A stretch of DNA of 64,000 nucleotides from an uncultured Bacilli bacterium (GCA_947632455.1 CANRPK010000003.1:2476-66475); one strand, 5' to 3'. Positions 9,789 through 19,900 are shown, numbered from the stretch's first letter. Translations and numbers: made by a program. Notes: generated by a model not told the origin, from the sequence alone.

Positions 9789-12611
9789 ATGAATACATTA
9801 GAAATAGAAAAAAAATGGCAAAATATTTGGCAAGAAAATCACTATTTTGAAGCCAAAAACAATAGTGATAAACCAAAATATTATATCCTAGTAGAATTTC
9901 CTTATCCATCAGGATCTGGACTTCATGTTGGTCATGTAAGAAGTTATTCTGCACTAGATGCTATGGCTCGTATGAAAAGAATGCAAGGTTATAATGTGTT
10001 ATTTCCTATGGGTTGGGATGCTTTTGGAGCTCCAGCCGAACAATACGCCATCAAAAATCATATTTACCCAGCTGATGCAGTTAAAGAAAATATCAAAACT
10101 TTTAAAGGTCAAATTCAATCTTTAGGAATGTCTTTTGATTGGTCTAGAGAGTTTTCAACTACTGATCCAGAATATTATAAATGGACCCAATGGCAATTCT
10201 TACAATTTGTCAAAAAAGGCATGGCCTATAAAGCTGCTAAAGAAATAAATTGGTGTCCAAATTGTAAAACAGGGTTATCCAATGAAGATGCTGCCGGAGG
10301 AGTATGTGAAAGATGTGGAACTCCCGTAACTAAAAAATTAAAAAATCAATGGCTTTTAAAAATGAGTTCATATGCTGATAGATTATTAGATGGTCTAAAA
10401 GATACTGAATTTGAAGAAAGAATTAAAGTTGCGCAAATAAATTGGATAGGAAAAAGTATAGGTGCAGAAGTAAATTTCCAAGTAAAAGATACCGATTATT
10501 TATTAAAAGTTTTTACTACTCGTTGTGATACTTTATTTGGTGTAACCTTTATGGTTATTTCTCCAGAACATGAATTATTAACAAAATATGCCTCTAAAAT
10601 TAAAAATATTGAAGAAGTAAAAGAATATCAAGAACAAGCTAAAAATAAAAATGAAATTGAAAGAACCGATGTAACTAAAGAAAAAACTGGTGTTAGATTA
10701 GAAGGCCTAATGGCTATTAACCCTGTTAATAATACCGAAATTCCTATATATATTAGTGATTATGTTTTATCATCTTATGGAACTGGTGCTATTATGGCTG
10801 TTCCTGCTCATGATGAAAGAGATTATGATTTTGCTAAAAAATATAATATTCCTATAATTCAAGTTTTAGAAGAAACTACTGGTACTCCTAAAGAAGAAGA
10901 AACCAAAAAGAATTCTATAGTCGCGATTGTTTATGATCGAAAAAAAGATCAATACTTAACAATTAATTGGAATGAATTAGGTGGTCGTCTCTTTATTGGT
11001 GGTACTATTAAAGAAGGGGAAACTCCTCTTGAATGTGCTCTAAGAGAAATAAAAGAAGAAACAGGATATAAAAATTTAACTTTAAAATATACTCTACCTA
11101 TGATAAATCACCATTATTATGCTTATAATAAAGATAAATATTTTAATATCAATTCGACTGGCTTATATTTTGAACTAAATAATTATGATCAAGATTCTCA
11201 AGCCTTAGATAATGATGAAAAATTCACTGTTGAATGGATAGATAAATCTACCATATTAAATGAAGTAAAAGATGAATTACATGCTAAAACTTTTGCTTAT
11301 GCCTTAACGCCTGGCGCTATGGTCGGAGATGGAATACATATTAATTCTGAATTTCTTAATGGGTTAAATAAAGAAGATGCTATAAATAAAATGCTTGAAT
11401 TTTTAAGTTCTAACAATTTAGGTAAACAAGCGACAAATTATCGTTTACAAGATTGGATTTTCTCTCGTCAAAGATTCTGGGGTGAACCAATTCCAATGAT
11501 TTATTGCGATACTTGTGGTTGGGTTCCTGTTCCTGAAGAAGATCTTCCTGTATTACTTCCAACTGTAGCTAATTATGAACCTACTGATACTGGAGAATCT
11601 CCTCTTGCAAATATTACCGATTGGGTAAATACTACTTGTCCAAAATGTGGTAAACCTGCTCAAAGAGAAACTGATACTATGCCAAACTGGGCTGGTTCAA
11701 GTTGGTATTGGTTAAGATATATGGATGCCCATAATGATCAAGAATTTGTTGGTCGTGATGCCTTAAATTATTGGGGTATGGTAGATTATTATAATGGTGG
11801 TATGGAACATGCAACAAGACATTTATTATATGCAAGATTTTGGCATCAATTCTTATACGATCAAGGTTTAGTTCCAACCAAAGAACCATTTAAAAAACGT
11901 GTCGCGCATGGTATGATTTTAGGAGCTAATGGCGAAAAAATGAGTAAAAGTAAAGGAAATGTCATTAATCCTGATGATATGGTTAAACTTTATGGCGCTG
12001 ATGCTCTTCGTTGCTATGAATTATTTATTGGTGACTATGAAAAAGATGCTGCTTGGTCTGATAATGGTCTAAAAGGCTGTAGAAGATTTTTAGATCGTGT
12101 TGAAAGATTAAAAGAAAGAGTAATAGAAGGGGAAAATTATAGTTCATCTCTAGAAAATATTATTCATAAAACTATTAAAAAAGTTACTAATGATTTAGCC
12201 ACTATGAAATATAATACGGCAGTATCAAGTTTAATGATTTTAACTAATGCTTATGAAGAACAAGAAAATATAACTAAAAAAGATTATCAAACTTTATTAA
12301 TTCTTTTAAATCCTATTGCTCCTCATATAACTGAAGAACTAAATGAACAAATAGAATATACTACTAAAATTGTTGAAACTCCATGGCCAAGTTATGATGA
12401 AGCAAAAACTATCGACGATGAAGTAACTATTGGTATCCAAGTAAATGGCAAACTTCGTGGTGAAATTACGATTGAACCTGATGAAGAAGAGGAAAGTGTT
12501 AAAACTAAAGCTCTAGCCAATGAAAATGTTAAAAAACATATAGAAGGTAAAGAAATAATAAAAATAATTGTTATAAAAGGTAAAATTGTCAACATAGTCA
12601 TCAAACCTTAA
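9789..12611 (+). CDS. leuS: Leucyl-tRNA synthetase carrying an inserted Nudix domain
   Basis: Class I motifs HVGHVRSY and KMSKSKGN, and the CP1 editing domain. An ATG at 9789 with a purine-rich RBS is preferred over the GTG at 9780. There is an extra insertion of about 140 aa (see findings). Confidence 0.95.
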   Translation: MNTLEIEKKWQNIWQENHYFEAKNNSDKPKYYILVEFPYPSGSGLHVGHVRSYSALDAMARMKRMQGYNVLFPMGWDAFGAPAEQYAIKNHIYPADAVKENIKTFKGQIQSLGMSFDWSREFSTTDPEYYKWTQWQFLQFVKKGMAYKAAKEINWCPNCKTGLSNEDAAGGVCERCGTPVTKKLKNQWLLKMSSYADRLLDGLKDTEFEERIKVAQINWIGKSIGAEVNFQVKDTDYLLKVFTTRCDTLFGVTFMVISPEHELLTKYASKIKNIEEVKEYQEQAKNKNEIERTDVTKEKTGVRLEGLMAINPVNNTEIPIYISDYVLSSYGTGAIMAVPAHDERDYDFAKKYNIPIIQVLEETTGTPKEEETKKNSIVAIVYDRKKDQYLTINWNELGGRLFIGGTIKEGETPLECALREIKEETGYKNLTLKYTLPMINHHYYAYNKDKYFNINSTGLYFELNNYDQDSQALDNDEKFTVEWIDKSTILNEVKDELHAKTFAYALTPGAMVGDGIHINSEFLNGLNKEDAINKMLEFLSSNNLGKQATNYRLQDWIFSRQRFWGEPIPMIYCDTCGWVPVPEEDLPVLLPTVANYEPTDTGESPLANITDWVNTTCPKCGKPAQRETDTMPNWAGSSWYWLRYMDAHNDQEFVGRDALNYWGMVDYYNGGMEHATRHLLYARFWHQFLYDQGLVPTKEPFKKRVAHGMILGANGEKMSKSKGNVINPDDMVKLYGADALRCYELFIGDYEKDAAWSDNGLKGCRRFLDRVERLKERVIEGENYSSSLENIIHKTIKKVTNDLATMKYNTAVSSLMILTNAYEEQENITKKDYQTLLILLNPIAPHITEELNEQIEYTTKIVETPWPSYDEAKTIDDEVTIGIQVNGKLRGEITIEPDEEEESVKTKALANENVKKHIEGKEIIKIIVIKGKIVNIVIKP

Positions 12612-12639
12612 AACATTAATAATTTAATAATTTAATAAT

Positions 12640-12668
12640 TTGACATTATAATGTAAATCTGTTATAAT
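12640..12668 (+). promoter_or_regulatory. sigma-A-type promoter
   Basis: TTGACA (12640-12645), 17-nt spacer, TATAAT (12663-12668). Confidence 0.55.
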
Positions 12669-12679
12669 ATCCCCTAAGT

Positions 12680-13144
12680 TTGGGGGAAAATGTTTTGGTT
12701 AATAAATTAATTAGTGAAAGAATATATGAAATATGCCTTGTACTTATTATGGTTGCTATAACTATTCCTGTATGGAATAATTTTGCTAAACATATAAGCC
12801 AAGCTGAATTAACAACCCTAGATGATTATAACTTAGAATTTAATCTAAAAAATAATTTATATTCTGAACAAATAGAGGTAAATAATCCTTATACTATCAA
12901 TAAAAACTATAAAATATATTTAAAAGTAAATAAAGATATTATTGTTGATAATTCCATCTTAAAAATTAATGAACAAGAACATTCTTTAAATGAATTTAAC
13001 TGTCAAGAAAAGAAAGATTATTATCTTTATACCATAATTGCAGATAATATTATATTGAGTAATAAAAGTTATTTTATAGAACCAATGTTAAGAGGAAATT
13101 CCATTAATTATTCTTATATTTTTGAAGAACAGACTATTTTTTAA
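12680..13144 (+). CDS. Hypothetical membrane-anchored protein (true start possibly TTG 12695)
   Basis: N-terminal TM ICLVLIMVAITIPVW followed by a beta-rich region. No family recognised. Confidence 0.4.
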   Translation: MGENVLVNKLISERIYEICLVLIMVAITIPVWNNFAKHISQAELTTLDDYNLEFNLKNNLYSEQIEVNNPYTINKNYKIYLKVNKDIIVDNSILKINEQEHSLNEFNCQEKKDYYLYTIIADNIILSNKSYFIEPMLRGNSINYSYIFEEQTIF

Positions 13145-13211
13145 AAAAGTATAAAAATACTATTGTAATTTACTCTTTTTTTATGGTATTATTATAATAT
13201 GGTGAGAGTAT

Positions 13212-13796
13212 ATGAAAGTAAAGGATATTATTAAAAAGCAAACAACCATAATTGCTGTTGCCGTTGTACTTGTTGTGGTAGCGACAATAAGTGTTAGTTA
13301 TGCCATATTTTTCGATGTAAAATCTAATGAACAAAATCAAGTCATAAAAGCAGGGACCTTAAAACTTAATCTAAAAAAATTTACAGCTTTAAATTTAGAA
13401 ACTGCAATAAGCACTTCAGAAGGTTTAGAAACTGATGCAATAGAATACGATATTACTAATGATGGTGATCTACCGGCTACATATTCACTTTACATATATG
13501 CTACAAAAGAAAATAACATTCCAATAAAAGCTATCAAATTTTCAATCGATGGAACCGCCGAAAAAGGCACAACTGCTACAAATTTAAACGAAGAGTTAAT
13601 TGATGCTAATATGCCAGAAAATACAAATGAAGATGGTATCAAATATTACAAAATCGATACTGGTAATGTTGAAGCTAAAAACAAGACAACATCTAAATAT
13701 TTAAGAGTATGGGTCGATGAAGATGGCTTAACTGAAGAAATTGAAGCAGGTAAACTTGAATTAAAACTATATCTTGTAAGTGAAGTTCAAGAATAA
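13212..13796 (+). CDS. Secreted/anchored protein with TasA/camelysin-like N-terminus
   Basis: Signal-anchor TTIIAVAVVLVVVATISVSYAIFFDVKS followed by AGTLKLNL. This resembles SipW-type signal peptides and TasA/CalY starts. Confidence 0.45.
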   Translation: MKVKDIIKKQTTIIAVAVVLVVVATISVSYAIFFDVKSNEQNQVIKAGTLKLNLKKFTALNLETAISTSEGLETDAIEYDITNDGDLPATYSLYIYATKENNIPIKAIKFSIDGTAEKGTTATNLNEELIDANMPENTNEDGIKYYKIDTGNVEAKNKTTSKYLRVWVDEDGLTEEIEAGKLELKLYLVSEVQE

Positions 13797-13932
13797 GGAT
13801 GCCAAAAAGCATCTTTTTTTATTTATACTAAAAATACAAATTTAAATAAAATTTAAGCTAAATTCTCATAAATTATCTAATTTTATTAGCAAATTTATCT
13901 AATTTTGCTAACAGATTTACATAATTTGATTT

Positions 13933-13961
13933 TTGACAGCCTCTATTATTTATAGTATGAT
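13933..13961 (+). promoter_or_regulatory. sigma-A-type promoter
   Basis: TTGACA (13933-13938), 17-nt spacer, TATGAT (13956-13961). Preceded by the direct repeat TTATCTAATTTT twice. Confidence 0.5.
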
Positions 13962-13985
13962 TATATCATAGAAAGAGGCGAACAA

Positions 13986-14330
13986 ATGTATAAAGAAGAA
14001 CTAGAGAATATAGAAATATGTTTCTTATATAAAAAAAGGGGAAAAGAATTAATCAAAACCAAATATAATCCTAAAACAAATATTCATTATTGGTATTTTA
14101 ATACTAAATTATGTTATTTATCTTGGAAAGACGATTTTAAGGATTTAAATTTAAAACCATTAGCAAAAAATTTAATAACTATCGCAGCGAGCAATTATAT
14201 TCTTTATAAACTAGAAAATAAAGATTATAAAAATTCTCAAGAAAAAGATATCTTATATAACGATATTTTAAAAATAGAACCAGAAATAACTAAAATAATG
14301 AAAGAAAATGAAATAATATTAAAAATGTAA
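13986..14330 (+). CDS. Hypothetical protein
   Basis: 114-aa ORF with RBS AAGAGG. No recognisable motifs. Confidence 0.4.
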   Translation: MYKEELENIEICFLYKKRGKELIKTKYNPKTNIHYWYFNTKLCYLSWKDDFKDLNLKPLAKNLITIAASNYILYKLENKDYKNSQEKDILYNDILKIEPEITKIMKENEIILKM

Positions 14331-14366
14331 ATAAATATGCTATAATACATAGCAGGTGATTTTAAA

Positions 14367-15383
14367 ATGGCAAAATATTTAAATTTAACAAATGAATATA
14401 ATAAAGTTTCTTTAAAAGAAGCCGCATCCTATATCAATAATGGCAAATTAGTTTTATTTCCAACTGAAACAGTTTATGGGATAGGTGCCGATGGCTTAAA
14501 TGAACAAGCAGTCAAAAATATTTTTATAGCTAAAGGAAGAGCTTCAGATAATCCTTTAATTCTTCATATATCATCTATAGAAATGTTAGATAATATAGCA
14601 AATATTACCGATCCTCTTGAAGAAGAACTAATAAAAGCATTTTTTCCAGGACCATTAACTATTGTTTTACAAAGAAAAAGCATTGTACCTAACGCTGTTA
14701 CCGCTAATCTTGATACAGTTGGCATTCGTATGCCAGAAAATAAAATAGCTCATGATTTAATTGAATTAGCTAACACTCCTATTGCCGCACCTAGTGCTAA
14801 TATTTCTGGTCGTCCGAGTGGTACAAATATTTCTGATATTTTTGATGAGCTAAATGATAAAGTAGATTATATTATTGATGGAGGCGAGACCAAAGTTGGT
14901 TTAGAATCCACAGTAGTAAGAGTTATAAACCATGAAATTCATATTTTAAGACCAGGAAAAATAACTTATGATGATTTAAGTAAATATGGTAAAGTTATTA
15001 TTCCTGAACATATTTTAAGTGAAGTAAATAAAAATGATGTTGTCTTATCACCAGGAATGAAATATAGACATTATGCTCCCAAAACTAAATGTATTTTAGT
15101 TTATAGTGAAAATAAAACTAATTTAATTAAAAAAATTCAAGAATTAGAAACTAATAATACATTAGTTATAACCAATTCTAATAATCTTAAAAACTTTAAA
15201 AATGCCATTAGTTATGGCACTACATTAGAAGAAATATCTCACAATATTTTTAAATTATTGCGAAGTGCTGATAAAGGCCATTATGAGTTAATTATCATAG
15301 AGGGAGTTAAAACAGAAGGTTTAGGCTTAGCAATTATGAATAGATTAATTAGAGCTTGTTCTCATAATTATTTAAAAGTATAA
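14367..15383 (+). CDS. tsaC: L-threonylcarbamoyladenylate synthase (Sua5/YwlC/TsaC type, long form)
   Basis: YrdC-fold motif VLFPTETVYGIGADGLNEQAVKNIFIAKGRASDNPLILH, SANISGRPS, plus a C-terminal Sua5 domain. Confidence 0.9.
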   Translation: MAKYLNLTNEYNKVSLKEAASYINNGKLVLFPTETVYGIGADGLNEQAVKNIFIAKGRASDNPLILHISSIEMLDNIANITDPLEEELIKAFFPGPLTIVLQRKSIVPNAVTANLDTVGIRMPENKIAHDLIELANTPIAAPSANISGRPSGTNISDIFDELNDKVDYIIDGGETKVGLESTVVRVINHEIHILRPGKITYDDLSKYGKVIIPEHILSEVNKNDVVLSPGMKYRHYAPKTKCILVYSENKTNLIKKIQELETNNTLVITNSNNLKNFKNAISYGTTLEEISHNIFKLLRSADKGHYELIIIEGVKTEGLGLAIMNRLIRACSHNYLKV

Positions 15384-15541
15384 ATTAAAAACAAAAACAA
15401 TATTCCTCATTATAAAAATTTGAGACTTATAAATAGTTAAAAAAAATATTTTTTCATAAATTTTTGATTGTAGTTATATGAAAAAAATATAAATTATTGT
15501 ATAATATTTGTAATAAAAATAAAATTAGGGAGTAAGATAAA

Positions 15542-16573
15542 ATGAGTAAATATTACAGTAATATTAGCAAAGAAATAAAAGATTATTTTGAAATTTTAGA
15601 ACCAAAATTTCCCGAATGGTTAAATGAATATATAGATACAAAAGAATTATTATCACAACAATATATTAGTGTTACTTGTGGTACAATTTATTCAGATTTA
15701 TTCGAAAGTGATTTTTTCTTTTCAAGTCTTGATCATTCAGTCGCCGTTGCCCTAATTGTATGGCATTTTACTCACGATAAAAAACAAACTTTATCTGGAT
15801 TATTTCATGATATAGCAACACCAGCATTTAAACATTGTGTAGATTTTTTAAATGGCGATTATATGAATCAAGAATCAACTGAAGATTTAACTACAGAAAT
15901 TATAAAAAATTCTCAAGAAATAATGGCTTTATTAAAAAGAGATAATATTGAAATATCGGAAATAGATAATTATCACCTTTATCCAATCGCGGATAATGAT
16001 ACTCCTAAATTGTCCGCGGATAGATTGGAATATTCTTTATCTAATGCTTTATTTACTTATAAATTATTAGATTTAGAAAGTATTAAAGAAATATATAATG
16101 ATATAGAAATTCAAAAAAATGAAAAAGATGAAATAGAATTAGGTTTTAAAATTAAAAAAATTGCTAGAAATTTTGTCAAAGTTACAAGTAAATTATCTGT
16201 TATATATCGAGAAGATCGAACTAGGTATTCTATGCAATTTATAGCAGATATTTTAAAAAAATTAAGTGATGAAGGTAAAATAACGAAGAAAGATTTATAT
16301 GAATTAAAAGAAAGTGATGTAATAGATATTATTGAATCTTCTAAATATAAAAATATCTTTAATTTATGGAAAACAGCTAAAAAAGTAAAAATATCAAAAG
16401 AAAAACCTGAAAATGTTTATTATGTTCATCATGGAGCAAAAGTTAGATATATTGATCCACTAATTAATGGAATAAGAATTTCTAAATGTTGCAAAATAGC
16501 AAATAAAATGATTGCAGATAATTTATCTTATGATATGAATAGTTATGTATATCTAGATTTCAAAATTGACTAA
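15542..16573 (+). CDS. HD-domain protein
   Basis: LDHSVAVALIV ... LSGLFHDIATPAFKH metal-binding His/Asp pattern. Confidence 0.65.
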   Translation: MSKYYSNISKEIKDYFEILEPKFPEWLNEYIDTKELLSQQYISVTCGTIYSDLFESDFFFSSLDHSVAVALIVWHFTHDKKQTLSGLFHDIATPAFKHCVDFLNGDYMNQESTEDLTTEIIKNSQEIMALLKRDNIEISEIDNYHLYPIADNDTPKLSADRLEYSLSNALFTYKLLDLESIKEIYNDIEIQKNEKDEIELGFKIKKIARNFVKVTSKLSVIYREDRTRYSMQFIADILKKLSDEGKITKKDLYELKESDVIDIIESSKYKNIFNLWKTAKKVKISKEKPENVYYVHHGAKVRYIDPLINGIRISKCCKIANKMIADNLSYDMNSYVYLDFKID

Positions 16574-16626
16574 ATACATAGGCGATGCTAAAACGTTGCC
16601 TTGAAATCGCAAATTGCGAGCTCAAA

Positions 16627-16707
16627 TTATAATAACATTACTTGAACTTCTCTTATTTCATATATCATATTTTCTACATTACTATTAATACTAACAATAT
16701 TTCTCAT
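16627..16707 (-). pseudogene. Remnant of an ORF6N/antirepressor-like gene (only 26 codons)
   Basis: The minus-strand translation MRNIVSINSNVENMIYEIREVQVMLL-stop resembles the start of ORF6N-domain proteins (I..IRG.QVMLD). It stops abruptly. Confidence 0.3.
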
Positions 16708-16790
16708 TTTTACCTAACTTTCTAAAAATAAATTTATAAACATCATTAGTTAAAACTTTATATTATTTTCAAATCCAAAAAACAAATTTT

Positions 16791-16863
16791 TATGAAATTA
16801 GACACCTTTTATTCTTTATGATATAATTTCTAGTAGAATGAAATTATTATTTGTGGAGTATTT
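16791..16863 (+). repeat. Promoter/leader copy A (functional, upstream of 16864 ORF)
   Basis: About 80% identical to 17891-17963. Contains an extended -10, TGATATAAT. Confidence 0.6.
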
Positions 16864-17847
16864 ATGAGTAAAGTAAACAATAAGAAAGATAATATTTTAA
16901 AATCAAAGTTTTTTTTTAAACTATTTGGTATACCAGCTTGTATTTGTATTTATTTATCATTAATGTCTATAAGCAATCTATCTAATTATGCATCCTGGAA
17001 AAAAGCTATGGTTGAAGATTTAATGATTTTAGGACTTTGGTTTGGCATATCATTTTTAATAGCAAAAAGTTATAAAAAGAAACAAGAAAAAGATATAAAA
17101 ATTGGAATAACTCTTGAAAAAAAGGGGAAGGGAAATAGTACATTTAAAAAGATTAGATTTTCCTTAATAATGAGTATAATAACATTTCTTATTGGTATAT
17201 TCTTTGCATACGATTTAATTGGATTTCCTTTAAAAACAAAATTAATAGGGTTATTTGTGGCTTTTATTCCTTTTATGTTATTTATGATAATTTTAATTAT
17301 TATTTACGTAAACAAAGAAAATCAAAAAATATTTTCTATTTCAAAAAAAATTTCAGTAGTTATAACTTATTTATTGCTATTTTACTACTTGATTGCATTG
17401 TTTATTATTGTATTAACTGAAAGCCTTAATCCAATGATAAACCCAAAATATTACAATTTTTATAGACCGGATTTGAACGTTTTTCCTAAAAAAATACCTG
17501 AAGATGTAGAAGATGTTCAATTTTTATATTCACCTGGAATATTGCAAGGTGGAAAAATATATACTTTATATTATATTGATAAAGATATGTCCCTTAATGA
17601 ATTTGATAAAAAATATAAAAAACAAGCTGAATGGGTAGGGCATCTAGAAGATTACAAAGAAAAAAGCGGATTATTAAGTGGAGCTTTTCATTTGATACCT
17701 TCCGAATATGAAAATAAAAATGATTATATAATATATTTAATTAAAGGAAAATGTGATGATAGTGGATATTGTAATCATGGACATTACGTATTGTCAGCAT
17801 TTAATGAAAAAACACATCAAGTTATTTATAAAGCTGAATATTGGTAA
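16864..17847 (+). CDS. Multi-pass membrane protein with a soluble C-terminal domain, hypothetical
   Basis: About 6 hydrophobic helices followed by a 130-aa Cys/His-containing tail (GKCDDSGYCNHGHY). Confidence 0.5.
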   Translation: MSKVNNKKDNILKSKFFFKLFGIPACICIYLSLMSISNLSNYASWKKAMVEDLMILGLWFGISFLIAKSYKKKQEKDIKIGITLEKKGKGNSTFKKIRFSLIMSIITFLIGIFFAYDLIGFPLKTKLIGLFVAFIPFMLFMIILIIIYVNKENQKIFSISKKISVVITYLLLFYYLIALFIIVLTESLNPMINPKYYNFYRPDLNVFPKKIPEDVEDVQFLYSPGILQGGKIYTLYYIDKDMSLNEFDKKYKKQAEWVGHLEDYKEKSGLLSGAFHLIPSEYENKNDYIIYLIKGKCDDSGYCNHGHYVLSAFNEKTHQVIYKAEYW

Positions 17848-17890
17848 TACAAAATAGTGTTGTTCGGTATTTAAGCGATTAATTTCTTTC

Positions 17891-17963
17891 TATGAAATCA
17901 GACGTTCTTTACTTTGTGGCATAATTTCTAGTAGAAAGTAATTATTATTTGTTGGATTTATTT
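17891..17963 (+). repeat. Promoter/leader copy B (orphan, no ORF follows)
   Basis: TATGAAATCAGACG...CATAATTTCTAGTAGAAAGTAATTATTATTTGTTGGA aligns with copy A, but no downstream coding sequence is present. Confidence 0.55.
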
Positions 17964-18257
17964 TTAAATAATGTTTAGTACTTCTTCGTTATGTATGAGT
18001 TCTTGGATTGTTTTAAATTCAAGCATCAAAAATGTTCTCCTTTCTAAAAAAAGAAATTTTTGATTTATATAAAATAAAAATTTACAAATTGTTAAAAGTT
18101 TATAAGTTATATTCAACTGGATAGATCTTGGAAGATATCTAACTTTTGCTTCTAACGATTTGAATATCAATATTTAATAAAAATTTAACATGAAACATCT
18201 CAAATGTCTCTTAAAAATATAAGATTTTATGATAAAATATTACATAGAGGTGATAAA

Positions 18258-18431
18258 ATGCTTAGAAAAATTTTATATGCAGATACAAAAGAACTAGATA
18301 ATTATATTTCTATAATAGATGGGTATTTGTATGATAAACAAAGAAAAATAATTAAGGAAGCAATAGAAGATCATCGAGCAAGCTTAGGAAATAAAACAGA
18401 AAGTAATTATGGAAAAATTATTTCATGCTGA
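18258..18431 (+). pseudogene. Short ORF, probably the 5' fragment of a degraded gene
   Basis: RBS AGAGGTGA plus ATG 18258 gives only 57 codons. The next 120 nt contain stops in all frames. Confidence 0.25.
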
Positions 18432-18567
18432 TAGAAACATATATCAAAGAAATCTGATAATGATATGTCAAAACATATTGCTATGAAAATAATTAGAAGA
18501 TTTTAAAAAGAATGTAGAAAAGAATAAATATGGGTTTGCAGAAAAATATATGGAGGTAAATAGAATT

Positions 18568-19899
18568 ATGGATATTAAAGAAAAAGCAAAGATGTTTGCG
18601 ATACAAGCTCATATGGGACAAGTTAGAAAAAGTGAACCTGATAAACCAATGATAATGCATCCGATTGGAGTTGGACAACTTTTGGAATCATTTGGATACG
18701 ATGATAATGTTGTAGCCGCGGGGTATTTACATGATGTTGTAGAAGATACCAAATATACTATTGAGGATATTGAAAAAGAATTTGGTAATGATATTGCTAA
18801 CTTAGTAATGGGTGCTTCTGAACCTGATAAATCGTTATCTTGGGAAGAAAGAAAAAGACATACGATTGAAGAAGCAAAAACACTTCCACTTAGAAATAAA
18901 TTAGTTATATGTGCTGATAAAATTAACAATTTAGAAGATTTATTTTTAAAATTCGAGAAAAGCGGTAATATAGACTTAAGTGCATTTAAAAGGGGAGAAG
19001 AGTCTCAAAGATGGTATTACACAAGTATCTACGAAAGTTTAATATCGGGCGAAGATAAAGATTTACCAATATTTATAAGATTAAAAGATATTTTAGATAA
19101 AGTATTTTATAAAAAAGAAGATCTATTTTTAAAAGATACAATTTTTGCAGATAACCAAGAATATTATGCAAAATTAAGAAAATTACATGCCGAGAAGATT
19201 GAATTGCAAAGACTAAAATCATTAATAACACTTTCTAAACCTTTTGTTATAGAATTTACAGGTACACCTAGAACAGGAAAAACCACAATAATAAATAATT
19301 TATATGATTTCTTTAAAAAAGGTGGTTTTGAAGTTTCTTTAATAGAAGAGTTTACAACTTCAAAATATTATAAAGAAGAATTAAGAAATAAATTTGATAG
19401 TATGAGCTATTCAGATAGAGACTTAGCAATAATTGAAGAATTATATAAACAATTACAAAATGCTGTTGGGAAAAGAAAAGATTTGATTTTAATTGATAGA
19501 TCTTTAAATGATAGACAAATATGGAATTATAGACGTTTGGTTAGAGGAGATATGCCAGAAGATGTGTATTTAAATGCTAGAGAAAAATATTCTAAACTTT
19601 CTAAACAATTAATTGATTTTTTAGTAGTTACTTATACTGATCCTTTAACCTCATTAAGAAGAGATTACAATTCTAGTTTAGCTTTAGAAAAAAGAAGCTT
19701 TCTAAATGAAACGAATATAAATGAATACAATGCAAGCTTACAGGCATTAAAAGAGTTATTTACCGAAAGTGTAGATTCATTTATTTCGCTAGATACTTCA
19801 AAAATGAGCTTGAATGATGTATCCATAGAAGTTGCATCTCAGGTGTTACCTGCTATAAGAAAAAGATATATAAAAACATTACAGCAAAAGTATTTCTAA
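18568..19899 (+). CDS. RelA/SpoT-type HD (p)ppGpp-hydrolase-like domain fused to a P-loop kinase-like domain
   Basis: AHMGQVRK..MHPIGVGQLL..AAGYLHDVVEDT..FGNDIANLV is the SpoT/Mesh1 hydrolase signature. The C-terminal half has Walker A GTPRTGKTT and Walker B LILIDRS. The ATG at 18568 follows GGAGGT. Confidence 0.65.
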   Translation: MDIKEKAKMFAIQAHMGQVRKSEPDKPMIMHPIGVGQLLESFGYDDNVVAAGYLHDVVEDTKYTIEDIEKEFGNDIANLVMGASEPDKSLSWEERKRHTIEEAKTLPLRNKLVICADKINNLEDLFLKFEKSGNIDLSAFKRGEESQRWYYTSIYESLISGEDKDLPIFIRLKDILDKVFYKKEDLFLKDTIFADNQEYYAKLRKLHAEKIELQRLKSLITLSKPFVIEFTGTPRTGKTTIINNLYDFFKKGGFEVSLIEEFTTSKYYKEELRNKFDSMSYSDRDLAIIEELYKQLQNAVGKRKDLILIDRSLNDRQIWNYRRLVRGDMPEDVYLNAREKYSKLSKQLIDFLVVTYTDPLTSLRRDYNSSLALEKRSFLNETNINEYNASLQALKELFTESVDSFISLDTSKMSLNDVSIEVASQVLPAIRKRYIKTLQQKYF

Positions 19900-19900
19900 A

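Noticed and set aside
12612-12640. The tandem TAATAATTT repeats after leuS as a possible repeat element.
   Set aside because: There are only about three short AT-only units directly upstream of a good promoter. That is consistent with an UP-element or low-complexity sequence and not a discrete element.
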